A DNA stretch of 64,000 nucleotides from an uncultured Saprospiraceae bacterium (GCA_938041445.1 CALISO010000013.1:1092-65091), one strand, 5' to 3'. Positions 29,105 to 38,231 are shown, counted from the first letter of the stretch. The notes: generated by a model from the sequence alone, not told the origin. Numbers and translations: made by a program.

Positions 29105-30544
29105 TTAAGTTTGGTCACTTTGTAAGATAGGAATTTTTAAAATAAATTTACTTCCCTTGCCCAACTCACTTTTGACACTGATCTCTCCTCTATGTGCTTC
29201 TGCCAGGGCTTTGACATAACTCAGACCTAGTCCAAATCCCTTTACATCGTGCCGATTACCTGTATGTACTCTGTAGAATTTATTAAATATATACTTCTGA
29301 GATTCTTTAGTCATACCGATACCATTATCCTCCACAACTATCTCAATGAAGTCATTATTAACATTACGTGTCGTTACAACGATATGCGGCTTATCAGTTG
29401 AGTACTTGACAGCATTGTCTAATAAGTTGTTGAATATATTGGAAAGATGATTCTGATCAGCATCTATTTCAGCAACGCTTGCAGAGTACTTAGTATCGAT
29501 AACTCCTTCCTTGACTTCGACTTTCAGTCTAGAGTTCTCTACCGCTTTTGTAATCGTATCATGCACATTAACCTTTGTTAGATTGAGTTCAAATTCACGT
29601 TTGTCTATCCGTGCCATTTGTAAGACTTTCTCAACTTGGTTGAGCATCCGAGTATTTTCTTGCTTGATGATACCAAGGAACCGTCTAATCTTATCTTCAT
29701 TACTAATGATTGAAGGACTTAAGATTGAGTCTGAGGCAAGTGATATTGTCGCTATAGGCGTCTTGAACTCATGGGTCATATTATTAATGAAGTCTGTCTT
29801 CATTTCGGAGACTTTCTTCTGTCTAAACACAACCATAACTGTATATATAAAGCAAAACGCTATCAACCCTGTAAATAATAATGACCCCAATAAAGGAAGC
29901 CAGATTGAGGAAAGGATAAATGACCTCTTAGATGGGAAGTTCACTTTGAGTGCTCCTACTTCGGTTTCTCCATTTTCAAATAGCGGAATACTATAAAGCG
30001 TATTATGTAAGATACTATTTAAGTCTGTTTCTTGGTGAGATGCTGCTCCACTACCAACATTCGCAATGAAGTGTCCATTCACAGAGCTGAAGTCTGCCAA
30101 CTTCATAGAGTAAACACCATAATCATAATCCAAGATTAATCCTTTGCTGTCGAAGGCTTGTCTAATATAGCCATCTAGTTTCTTAAGGTCAATACTCTCT
30201 AATTTTGCCTCGGGTTTGAGTAAAAATGGAATACTTGACAACTCATAATTACGTAGACCTGCGGACCAGCCTTCATTAGGTCGTTTGAGATAGGACTTGA
30301 TTGCTTCTTTTCCTTCTTTATCGAAGAGTTTGGAATTAGATTTTTTGAATAACTCTAGGTTAATCGTCTCAGCATCATCCTCTAGTTGAGTCTTGACAAT
30401 CGCTAAAGCTTCAAACACTTTATCATCGAACTTCTGATCGTCAAGTTTAAACTGCCAATTGATATAAAGCATCTGTATAGCTGCAATACCTAACATCGCT
30501 GCTATCATCAATCCAATAATAATCCAAATCGCTTTCTTGCTCAT
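29105..30544 (-). CDS. Sensor histidine kinase
   Basis: 479 aa. Two TM helices, H-box THEFKTPIATI, DNGIGM and GFGLGLSYV. Confidence 0.9.
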   Translation of the reverse strand: MSKKAIWIIIGLMIAAMLGIAAIQMLYINWQFKLDDQKFDDKVFEALAIVKTQLEDDAETINLELFKKSNSKLFDKEGKEAIKSYLKRPNEGWSAGLRNYELSSIPFLLKPEAKLESIDLKKLDGYIRQAFDSKGLILDYDYGVYSMKLADFSSVNGHFIANVGSGAASHQETDLNSILHNTLYSIPLFENGETEVGALKVNFPSKRSFILSSIWLPLLGSLLFTGLIAFCFIYTVMVVFRQKKVSEMKTDFINNMTHEFKTPIATISLASDSILSPSIISNEDKIRRFLGIIKQENTRMLNQVEKVLQMARIDKREFELNLTKVNVHDTITKAVENSRLKVEVKEGVIDTKYSASVAEIDADQNHLSNIFNNLLDNAVKYSTDKPHIVVTTRNVNNDFIEIVVEDNGIGMTKESQKYIFNKFYRVHTGNRHDVKGFGLGLSYVKALAEAHRGEISVKSELGKGSKFILKIPILQSDQT

Positions 30545-30688
30545 CTGTTCTTTAACTACGTATGCAAAACCATATATCTACATATAAAGACTCCAATATG
30601 GAGCTTATTTATGTAAATATTAACGCAAAGTAAGATTAACCTACTTCAAAATTCAATATATTTAGATGAAGTAAAACAACTGAATATT

Positions 30689-32074
30689 ATGAAAAATCTA
30701 CTCTTCTTGTCGATTTTGTTCTTCCCTATCCTTTTATTTGGCCAAGACCAAATATGCGGGAACTCCTTATTAGAAACATTGCAAGAAAGAGAACTTCCAG
30801 GATATAAGGATGTCATCACACAGACTATCCTTGATGCTAAGTCGAGTGTCACGTACAGAGATGGAGATACATTGACCATCCCTGTTGTCATACATATCCT
30901 ATATAATAATGATGCGCAAAATCTTTCTGACAACGTAATCAATACACAAATGGAAGCACTAAATGCAGACTTCCTGAGAGAAAACGAAAATGCATTTGAG
31001 ACTCGACCAATCTTCCAAGACGTTGCTGGAACAGCGAATATTGAATTTAAACTCGCGGATATCGACCCGAATGGCAATTCTACTAATGGTATCACTCGGA
31101 CTCAAACATCGGTTCAATCGTTTATCAACATTGACATAGCTGCATACTTTGAAGCGATTATAGCATGTGGTGTTGATTTATTTGACCCTGAGTCCCTTGC
31201 AGAAAATATTGAATGTATAACAGAGTTTGTGAATCTTGAGCTTGATCTTATGAAAAGCAGCGCTACAGGAGGTATTGAGGCGTGGGACGTTAATCGATAC
31301 CTCAATATCTGGGTTTGTAATATGTCGGTAGATATTGGTGGTACTGAATCTCCATTCATACTTGGCTATGCCTATCCTCCAGTGGAAGCTCCAAACTGGC
31401 CAGATGGTACAATACCAGAAGATATAGAACAAAAAGATGGTGTAGTTATTCACTATGAAGCTATAGGGCCTAACAATCCCTCTAATATGACCCTCTTAGG
31501 CACAAATGATCAAGGACGAACAGCTACTCATGAAGTAGGCCATTACCTTGGATTGCGACATATATGGGGTGATGGAGATTGTACGATGGATGACTTTATG
31601 GACGACACTCCTGTTGCAGATAGTAATTCGCAAGCTGCTGGTATGACTTGTGCTGAATTGCACACAAAAGACAGTTGTACTGAGGATGATCTGCCAGATA
31701 TGATAGAGAATTATATGGACTACAGTGTAGAGACTTGCTACAATATGTTTACCCAAGATCAAGTAGATCTCATGCGAGCAATGCTTGAAGGACCAAGATC
31801 AAGTCTACTAGAAGGTGCCGTATTATCAGCGTATGAAGATCGTGGAGACCAATATAGCCTCTACCCTACTCTTACAGATGCTAAAGTCACAATTAAAGGC
31901 GATCTATCCATTGGTATGATATTAACTATCACGGATATACAAGGAAGAATGGTATACTTAGGTGATATAGATACTCCATCGATCGATCTTAGTGAATACA
32001 ATGATGGATTGTATATCATCCAACTTCAATCAGATAATCGAAATGTGCATACGAGTAAGGTGATGAAGTTCTAA
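30689..32074 (+). CDS. Secreted M43 (pappalysin/ulilysin-like) zinc metallopeptidase with T9SS type-A C-terminal sorting domain
   Basis: 461 aa. Signal peptide, metzincin motif HEVGHYLGLRHIWGDGDC, and a Por-secretion-tail-like end (LYPTLTD...DGLYIIQLQ...KVMKF). Confidence 0.85.
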   Translation: MKNLLFLSILFFPILLFGQDQICGNSLLETLQERELPGYKDVITQTILDAKSSVTYRDGDTLTIPVVIHILYNNDAQNLSDNVINTQMEALNADFLRENENAFETRPIFQDVAGTANIEFKLADIDPNGNSTNGITRTQTSVQSFINIDIAAYFEAIIACGVDLFDPESLAENIECITEFVNLELDLMKSSATGGIEAWDVNRYLNIWVCNMSVDIGGTESPFILGYAYPPVEAPNWPDGTIPEDIEQKDGVVIHYEAIGPNNPSNMTLLGTNDQGRTATHEVGHYLGLRHIWGDGDCTMDDFMDDTPVADSNSQAAGMTCAELHTKDSCTEDDLPDMIENYMDYSVETCYNMFTQDQVDLMRAMLEGPRSSLLEGAVLSAYEDRGDQYSLYPTLTDAKVTIKGDLSIGMILTITDIQGRMVYLGDIDTPSIDLSEYNDGLYIIQLQSDNRNVHTSKVMKF

Positions 32075-32493
32075 TTACTATAGTTTCTTATAATATCTAA
32101 CAATGCATCGGGAGGTACGAGTTTGTCAGTATGATTCTTGATAACAGTGATCATATCCTCTACTAACTGCTCTCTGAATCCAAGCTTGAAGCCAAATTTT
32201 CTAATTATCGCTATTTCCTCTTCAGTGACTTTGAAATCTATCTTCATTAGAAATAAGAGATAGTAAAGTATCTGCATTCTTTCACCTTCCTCTGTAGGTG
32301 GGTCGAGAGGATAGTCTCCAAGATTTTTTCGGACTTGTTCTATGTCAGATATTGGCAGGTCGATTGCATAACAGACCTCTTCCATATACTGCTGCTCTCT
32401 TGGATGATTGTCACCATCAGCATCTCCTAATCTGATTAGTAAAGCTAGGATTGATCGCTTGGGCATTTTTTCAGGTAATTCGGAATAGTCCAT
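32071..32493 (-). CDS. TerB-like (tellurite-resistance/DjlA N-domain-like) small cytoplasmic protein
   Basis: 140 aa. Two helical repeats with a DADGD..E..Y..E pattern. Family call is tentative. Confidence 0.45.
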   Translation of the reverse strand: MDYSELPEKMPKRSILALLIRLGDADGDNHPREQQYMEEVCYAIDLPISDIEQVRKNLGDYPLDPPTEEGERMQILYYLLFLMKIDFKVTEEEIAIIRKFGFKLGFREQLVEDMITVIKNHTDKLVPPDALLDIIRNYSN

Positions 32494-32564
32494 AGTCAGT
32501 TATTTAGTGGACGAAAAAAGGAAAACCCAAATTAATCAAACTTTTAATGAACTGATTGAAAATG

Positions 32565-33815
32565 TTAGGGCTGAGAAAGCTCAATATCGGCACATAGGTA
32601 TCTCCGAAACTGCAGTGCAAAATGCTGCATTCTATCTAGTTGCTCTGCTGTGAACTCGTGGACAGAATCCGAATAAGACATATGATTATCTTCTATGATT
32701 TTCTCACTTGTAAGGCCTTGTAGTTCTAGATTGATCGGATGTAATCTCCACGGATGATGTAGCCCCAGAAAATGCCCCATCTCATGTACAATAGTGGTCT
32801 TATCATTAAGGCCAGAGTAGGACATAAATATCCTGTCAAATCGAGGTGTATTGAGCTTATAGGCATACTGTTTTGCCTTGAGTACTGGGGTAAATCCTAA
32901 GAGTTCAGCAGTGCCATCTTCATCCAAGTAAGTACGACATATATAAATATTTACTCCCCCTTGGAGTTCTAGTCTTTCTGTAAAATTCTTAATCACCTCT
33001 CCATCACTTGCATAAAAGTCATCGTAGATTTCTGGCAGATAGACTTTACCTCCATCCTTGACAGTAGTCCCTTGGACAAATTTTACTTTTCCTTCATACT
33101 CTTGATTGAGAAAGGCAATATTATGTTCTATTTGCGAAGAAATGATTGTGTCTACAAATCCAGTATAATCTAATAGATAAAAGTTGACACTCAATATCGG
33201 TACTCCTTCGACAGGGTCAGTTGGTGGAAGAGTGTCTTCAAGTATAATAGATTGTGCTTGCAACCCTACAAAAGACATAAGTATAATAATTAAGCTCTTC
33301 AGCAGTGCCGTGAAGGTCTTACGCAACTTGCTCAACTTCGGGGATATGACATAAGAGCAATATCCTTGATTCGGATTAAGATTATAGTAGTTCTGATGAT
33401 AAGCTTCTCCTGGATAATATTTGATATCCTTCTTGACTTCAGTGACAACAGGCAAACTCCAAAGTTCTTCTGCTTCAGCAATTGCGTTTTCAATGATTGC
33501 TAATTCCTTATCATCGTTGTAATACACAGCTGACCTATATTGTGTACCAACATCATTACCTTGACGATTAAGAGTTGTTGGATTGTGAAGAGTAAAGAAC
33601 ACTTGTAAAATCTGCGCAAGCGAAATTACATCTGCATCATATTCAACTTTTACTACTTCAGTGTGACCTGTCACCCCTGCACATACTGATTTGTATGTTG
33701 GATTTTCATCAAATCCTCCTGCGTATCCAGAATGGACCGATAGGACACCGTTTATCTCCTGAAATATCGGTTCGATACACCAGAAACATCCACCTCCTAA
33801 TATGATACTCTTCAT
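32565..33815 (-). CDS. msrA: Peptide-methionine (S)-S-oxide reductase MsrA fused in frame to a signal/anchor segment and a metzincin-type metallopeptidase domain
   Basis: The MsrA part has GGGCFWC, GHTEVV and YHQNYY. The hydrophobic segment is KTFTALLKSLIIILMSFVGLQAQS. The C-terminal domain carries HEMGHFLGLHHPW. I prefer ATG 33815 (MKSIILGGGCFWC) to the track start at 33863. Confidence 0.8.
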   Translation of the reverse strand: MKSIILGGGCFWCIEPIFQEINGVLSVHSGYAGGFDENPTYKSVCAGVTGHTEVVKVEYDADVISLAQILQVFFTLHNPTTLNRQGNDVGTQYRSAVYYNDDKELAIIENAIAEAEELWSLPVVTEVKKDIKYYPGEAYHQNYYNLNPNQGYCSYVISPKLSKLRKTFTALLKSLIIILMSFVGLQAQSIILEDTLPPTDPVEGVPILSVNFYLLDYTGFVDTIISSQIEHNIAFLNQEYEGKVKFVQGTTVKDGGKVYLPEIYDDFYASDGEVIKNFTERLELQGGVNIYICRTYLDEDGTAELLGFTPVLKAKQYAYKLNTPRFDRIFMSYSGLNDKTTIVHEMGHFLGLHHPWRLHPINLELQGLTSEKIIEDNHMSYSDSVHEFTAEQLDRMQHFALQFRRYLCADIELSQP

Positions 33816-33904
33816 TTGCATACACATACTAAACTGTGAAATATCCACTGATGTTGCAGACATAGGTAAAGTACTGATATTGTGTAATCTACGTTACAAT
33901 TTCG

Positions 33905-33940
33905 GATATTTCATATGTGTATAATTATATATGAAATATC
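33905..33940. promoter_or_regulatory. Perfect 12-bp inverted repeat GATATTTCATAT-N12-ATATGAAATATC upstream of msrA
   Basis: Read directly, arms at 33905-33916 and 33929-33940. It sits 90-125 nt upstream of the msrA ATG. A third copy of GATATTTCAT lies at 34058-34067. Confidence 0.4.
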
Positions 33941-34251
33941 TGACAATCAAACTAACTAAACGTAGGGATGTAGGCGACAAAAAGTGTCTATTAAGTATGT
34001 TCTATTGGTTATAGACATGAATCTATGTAGTAGAATAATACTCCCATGGCTACGCGAGATATTTCATCTTCTGATGATAGTTTCGTGTAGCCACTAGTGA
34101 TTTAGAACGACGCTTTTTTTTGGTTGGCAAGATCAGATTATTACCACATAACAATTGATCAAGATATGACATCGAATGTATGCAGAGATCTACTGCTTAC
34201 TAAAGTCAAAAAATGGAAACTATTTTTCCTCTTGCTCTTTATATGAATTGC

Positions 34252-35295
34252 TTATGAATTAGTTCTTAAGAATTCTTGATACTCTTTAAGAATGTCATCT
34301 TTACCACTTATTGCAAGTTGTGCTTGTTTAGGCCAAGATGAAGGGTCAATCATTTTGAATACAGGATCACTATTCTCAAGTACGCCGCGGAGCTTGACCA
34401 CGGGTGTATTGGCAAGGTCCTCCCAATTTTTGATATCGTTCTGACCTAGTATTGTTGCGATACGAGATCCAATACCTTCAAAAACTGTTAAGTCACCTTG
34501 ATTTGCTGGTGGCTGTATGAGACCATACTTAGATAACATAGCCTTAGCTTTTGACTTTGTTGATCCTAGCGTCTTATTATTTGATTGCTGGAATTTGATT
34601 AGTTCTTCCCACTTACCTTGACTTGCAAGTTGTGCCTGAGACGGCCAATCATTCACATTGATTAATGCATACTTTGAACCATAGGCCTCTAGCATTTTCT
34701 TCAAATCACCTTTTGACTTCTTAGCCAATTTTGCCCAAGTATCAATCCCATTTTCCTTAAGTACGGCTTCCATTTTTGGACCGATGCCTTCAATGACTTG
34801 AAGGTTATTATTGATATCATTTATGTCCTTACCCTTCTTCTTTGAATTCTTATTTGATTTGTTATCCTCTGGAGTATTAAGATTAAATACCTCATTTGCT
34901 TCAGGCTGATTATTAGTCTTATCAATCACAAGAGAACCACTAGATTCAGTATGACTTTCTTGTTGATTAGCTTTAGGCTTTGGAGAATTGCTATTGTCTA
35001 CCTTAGCTAATGCTGCTTGCAAATGATTCTTCTGACCAATCAGTCTATCAATTCTACGATCTGACTCCTCAATCTTAAGAGCTGCTTTTGTTTGCTTTTG
35101 TGCTATTATTTGATTTTCACTTTTAAGTTGATTATTTCTCAATATGAGCTGATCGTGATTATCCTTTATCGCTTGATAGCGACTTTTCCAAGAATTATTG
35201 AGCAAATATCCTAAAGCCAACCCTAGAAGAGCAGGTAATATCCACCATAGCATCCACCAGCTACAAAAGTCATTGAATATGCTTAACTGAATCAT
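34252..35295 (-). CDS. Membrane-anchored protein with coiled coil, low-complexity linker and two tandem helix-hairpin-helix-type repeats
   Basis: 347 aa. N-terminal TM helix. Internal duplication: LQVIEGIGPKMEAVLKENGI...WPSQAQLASQGKW versus LTVFEGIGSRIATILGQNDI...WPKQAQLAISGKD. Confidence 0.6.
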   Translation of the reverse strand: MIQLSIFNDFCSWWMLWWILPALLGLALGYLLNNSWKSRYQAIKDNHDQLILRNNQLKSENQIIAQKQTKAALKIEESDRRIDRLIGQKNHLQAALAKVDNSNSPKPKANQQESHTESSGSLVIDKTNNQPEANEVFNLNTPEDNKSNKNSKKKGKDINDINNNLQVIEGIGPKMEAVLKENGIDTWAKLAKKSKGDLKKMLEAYGSKYALINVNDWPSQAQLASQGKWEELIKFQQSNNKTLGSTKSKAKAMLSKYGLIQPPANQGDLTVFEGIGSRIATILGQNDIKNWEDLANTPVVKLRGVLENSDPVFKMIDPSSWPKQAQLAISGKDDILKEYQEFLRTNS

Positions 35296-35334
35296 CTTAC
35301 TGTCTATTTTCTATCTGAAAAAATCACCATTTAT

Positions 35335-36162
35335 TTAGTTGAGTAGGAGAAGTTCTACTCGTCTGTCATCTTGTCTATCGTCAGCACTTGCCTTTTGAGG
35401 ATTATAACCCTCACCCTTTGATACCGTTAATATCTTTCGTGGATTGACACCTCTACTTATCAAGTAATACTTAATTGCATATGCTCTCTTCTCTCCTAGT
35501 CTATAGTTATATGCCCTAGTCCCTACATAGTCAGCATATCCCGTAAGTACAACAGTCTCCCCTGAGCCTAATACACGTAAAGCAATCGAGTTGAGGTAGG
35601 TATTGACTTCTTTACGTTCTAATTTCTCTGTGCTATTGAAAGGAAAGTAGATTGTAGAGTGCTTCGCAATATTTGAATTAGACCTATCTCCTACTTCATT
35701 TTCTACGACGGCTCTATCATTTTCTTTATTTGAGGTAGTAGAAGTCTCTGCTACTTCAGTTTTGCCATCTTCCGGATTATAGATTGAAGCATATTGACTG
35801 TTAGGACTTAGGTTTTCTACAACTTCACCTTGCAGTGATACTTTATCGTCTGAGAGCTTTAGATGATTCATCAGAGCTTGAGCTCTTTCTAATCCAATAT
35901 TCTCATTAGAAGCTTGTTCATCTGGAGTCATATATCCAACGATTGTCAATTCTGTACCCTCTGGATACATATTGCGTAAGTCTTCTTGATAGTCTGAAAA
36001 TAAATCTGTGGGAATAATCTCACTTCCACCATCTTCAAAGTAAAATGGTGATATGACTTCTACAATCTCAGGTGTAGATGAATTGTTGCCACAATAATTA
36101 TTGGCAATGAACCAATAACCAACTCCAAGCAATAGCCAGATACTAAATATAGTTGTCTTCAT
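35335..36162 (-). CDS. OmpA-family peptidoglycan-binding protein
   Basis: C-terminal OmpA_C motifs (IYFPFNS, LTGYADYVGTRAYNYRLGEKRA, RRVEL). The track start at 36231 is TTG. ATG 36162 gives MKTTIFSIWLLL. Confidence 0.85.
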   Translation of the reverse strand: MKTTIFSIWLLLGVGYWFIANNYCGNNSSTPEIVEVISPFYFEDGGSEIIPTDLFSDYQEDLRNMYPEGTELTIVGYMTPDEQASNENIGLERAQALMNHLKLSDDKVSLQGEVVENLSPNSQYASIYNPEDGKTEVAETSTTSNKENDRAVVENEVGDRSNSNIAKHSTIYFPFNSTEKLERKEVNTYLNSIALRVLGSGETVVLTGYADYVGTRAYNYRLGEKRAYAIKYYLISRGVNPRKILTVSKGEGYNPQKASADDRQDDRRVELLLLN

Positions 36163-36416
36163 AACTGTAGCCTTTATGGAAACGCTAAACCGCTTCACTG
36201 TAAATACCGCTAACCTATTCCTAATCAGCAAATTGCGTGCTACAAATGAAAAATCTGACTGAAAATGGTTTTTTTAACAACATTTTCAGTGAAAGACCAA
36301 CCCATTATTAATCTAAACAGACAATTTTAGTCTACCCAAAACGCTTGTATGTCCATAAAATAGGGCATTCTATACGAAACAAGGTACTATGTATTGCATA
36401 TTAGCGAAATTCAATA

Positions 36417-36424
36417 TAGATTTG
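36417..36424 (+). promoter_or_regulatory. Candidate -7 promoter box (TAGATTTG) only 4 nt upstream of the padR ATG
   Basis: Matches TAnnTTTG. If functional, the padR mRNA would be leaderless or nearly so. Confidence 0.3.
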
Positions 36425-36428
36425 TAAT

Positions 36429-36752
36429 ATGAAAATAGAAAACACAGAAGCACAAATGCGAAAAGGGATACTAGAACTCTGTGTACTTAGTATCACAGAT
36501 AAGGCTCCCGCTTACCCATCAGATATCCTCAAACAACTTAAAGCGAGTCAGTTAATTGTCGTCGAAGGCACTATCTACCCACTACTCACGAGATTGTCAA
36601 AGGCTGATTTACTGTCGTATGATTGGGTGGAATCTGAATCGGGACCACCTCGTAAATACTACACAACCACAAAAGATGGAAAGTCAGTACTATCCAAACT
36701 TAAAATTCATTGGAACAGCTTACAAAGCTCTGTGCAACTTTTGCTCGCATAG
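36429..36752 (+). CDS. PadR-family transcriptional regulator
   Basis: 107 aa. GILELCVLSI, EGTIYPLLTRLSKADLL and PPRKYYTTT. Confidence 0.9.
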   Translation: MKIENTEAQMRKGILELCVLSITDKAPAYPSDILKQLKASQLIVVEGTIYPLLTRLSKADLLSYDWVESESGPPRKYYTTTKDGKSVLSKLKIHWNSLQSSVQLLLA

Positions 36753-36793
36753 ACTATCTCTATAATTCCTAATTCTGATATACCCAACATAAC

Positions 36794-37381
36794 ATGAAAA
36801 AAACACTCAACATAAACCTCGGAATGCGACCATTCATCATTGATGAAGACGCTTATCAAGAACTTAGACATTACCTTGATCAATTAGAAGCAATATTTAA
36901 TGCTGAAGATCCTAGTATTGTCACTGACATTGAATATCGATTCGCTGAAATTTTACAAGAAAAGATAGGGCCTAATCAAATAGTTACACTTCAGCATATC
37001 CAAGCAGGAATCGAACAAGTAGGAACAGTAGAGTCCATCTCAAACGAACCGACATCGAACCAAGAGTCTACCACAAGCAGCAACGATGGCAGATTGTACA
37101 GAGATGAAGATCATGTGCTGGTCAGCGGAGTATCAAGTGGTATCGCTCACTATCTGGGTATCAAAGAAAAGATAATAGTTAGGCTCATCTTTGCCTTTAC
37201 ACTCTTTACACCATTCACATTGATTTATTTAGTCCTGTGGGCAATATTGCCGACTAAACGATTAGGTTCAGTACCAATGGGCAAGTTTAGACTAAATGAT
37301 ATCATCTCAGAAATGATAAGAGAAGTGAAATTAGCAATCAGTTCATTGAATCAAAAATTCAATCGCTCGACATCTAATTAG
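36794..37381 (+). CDS. PspC-domain membrane protein
   Basis: 195 aa. PspC motif LYRDEDHVLVSGVSSGIAHYLGI followed by a TM helix (LIFAFTLFTPFTLIYLVLWAILP). Confidence 0.8.
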   Translation: MKKTLNINLGMRPFIIDEDAYQELRHYLDQLEAIFNAEDPSIVTDIEYRFAEILQEKIGPNQIVTLQHIQAGIEQVGTVESISNEPTSNQESTTSSNDGRLYRDEDHVLVSGVSSGIAHYLGIKEKIIVRLIFAFTLFTPFTLIYLVLWAILPTKRLGSVPMGKFRLNDIISEMIREVKLAISSLNQKFNRSTSN

Positions 37382-37477
37382 CATGATCTTTTAACGTATG
37401 TTAATCTCTTCAATGGTAGTCGTTAATTTGTAAGGTATTCGTTGTAAACACCGCAGTGTATACTTAACTTTACAGCT

Positions 37478-38002
37478 ATGACCGTTCTCTATAGCAGATT
37501 ACTTCCAATTTTACTCGGGTTCACTGTCTTATTGACTTACTGTAAGACACAGCAACATATAGAACCTGAACATGACGATATGCCAAGATTTGAGTACGAC
37601 GAGACCAGTAGTGTCAATTTCATCAAACCCAATGTTCTATCAGATGTACTAGATCTTGCCAAGGAAGAAGGTGAGAAGTTGACGTTTGTTAAGTTCTACA
37701 CTGATTGGTGCCTTCCGTGCCAAGTAATGGATGAAACAGTCTTTGTCAACAAGACTTTAGGTGAGTACTACAATACCAATTTTATCAATTATAAGGTTAA
37801 TGCTGAACAGCTGGAGGGCCCGGATTTGAGGTTTATCTTTCAAGTTGACGAATTTCCGACATTCATATTTATGGACAATAATGGACGGATAATCCTAAAG
37901 GATAAAGGTTCACAATCCACGACTAATATGATGATTATGGCAGAGACTGCTATAGAAGAATACAACCGGATCAAAAACCAAGCAAATAAGAACGGCGAAT
38001 AA
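37478..38002 (+). CDS. Thioredoxin-fold protein (exported, CxxC)
   Basis: 174 aa. Signal/lipobox-like LLTYC and the motif FYTDWCLPCQ. Confidence 0.8.
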   Translation: MTVLYSRLLPILLGFTVLLTYCKTQQHIEPEHDDMPRFEYDETSSVNFIKPNVLSDVLDLAKEEGEKLTFVKFYTDWCLPCQVMDETVFVNKTLGEYYNTNFINYKVNAEQLEGPDLRFIFQVDEFPTFIFMDNNGRIILKDKGSQSTTNMMIMAETAIEEYNRIKNQANKNGE

Positions 38003-38003
38003 C

Positions 38004-38040
38004 AAAAAAAAGTGGCCACACTCATGATTTGTGACCACTT
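38004..38040 (-). terminator. Strong minus-strand rho-independent terminator; may also act weakly for the + strand thioredoxin gene
   Basis: Arms at 38010-38020 and 38030-38040 (AAGTGGCCACA / TGTGACCACTT). On the minus strand the single mismatch is a G-U pair and the stem is followed by U8 (A8 at 38004-38011). Confidence 0.6.
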
Positions 38041-38043
38041 CTT

Positions 38044-38059
38044 ATCCCATGAACATATC
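38044..38059. repeat. 16-mer ATCCCATGAACATATC, copy 1
   Basis: Exact direct repeat of 38232-38247. It sits 3-4 nt from the hairpin at 38010-38040. Confidence 0.8.
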
Positions 38060-38187
38060 AACAGTATGTTCGATTGCATTTCTGCAATTTTAAAAACCAA
38101 CTTATTTGTAAACTCAATCTCTTTCTAAATAATCTTCGGATGTCCACTCTCTGAATCTCTCTGCTCTTTCTGGGAAGGTTTAAAAGT

Positions 38188-38229
38188 CTTGTTAAAGGCT
38201 GGCGGCCGTTGCTACTAGCCTTTAACAAG
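38188..38229 (-). terminator. Perfect 13-bp hairpin CTTGTTAAAGGCT-N16-AGCCTTTAACAAG with a GC-rich loop; terminator-like on the minus strand
   Basis: Read directly. The minus-strand tail is ACUUUUAAACC, only U4, so it is weaker than the hairpin at 38004-38040. Confidence 0.45.
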
Positions 38230-38231
38230 GA

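Noticed and set aside
30646-31095. 149-aa minus-strand ORF overlapping the M43 protease 5' end
   Set aside because: Antisense shadow. The + strand frame has a signal peptide, a metzincin motif and a T9SS tail.
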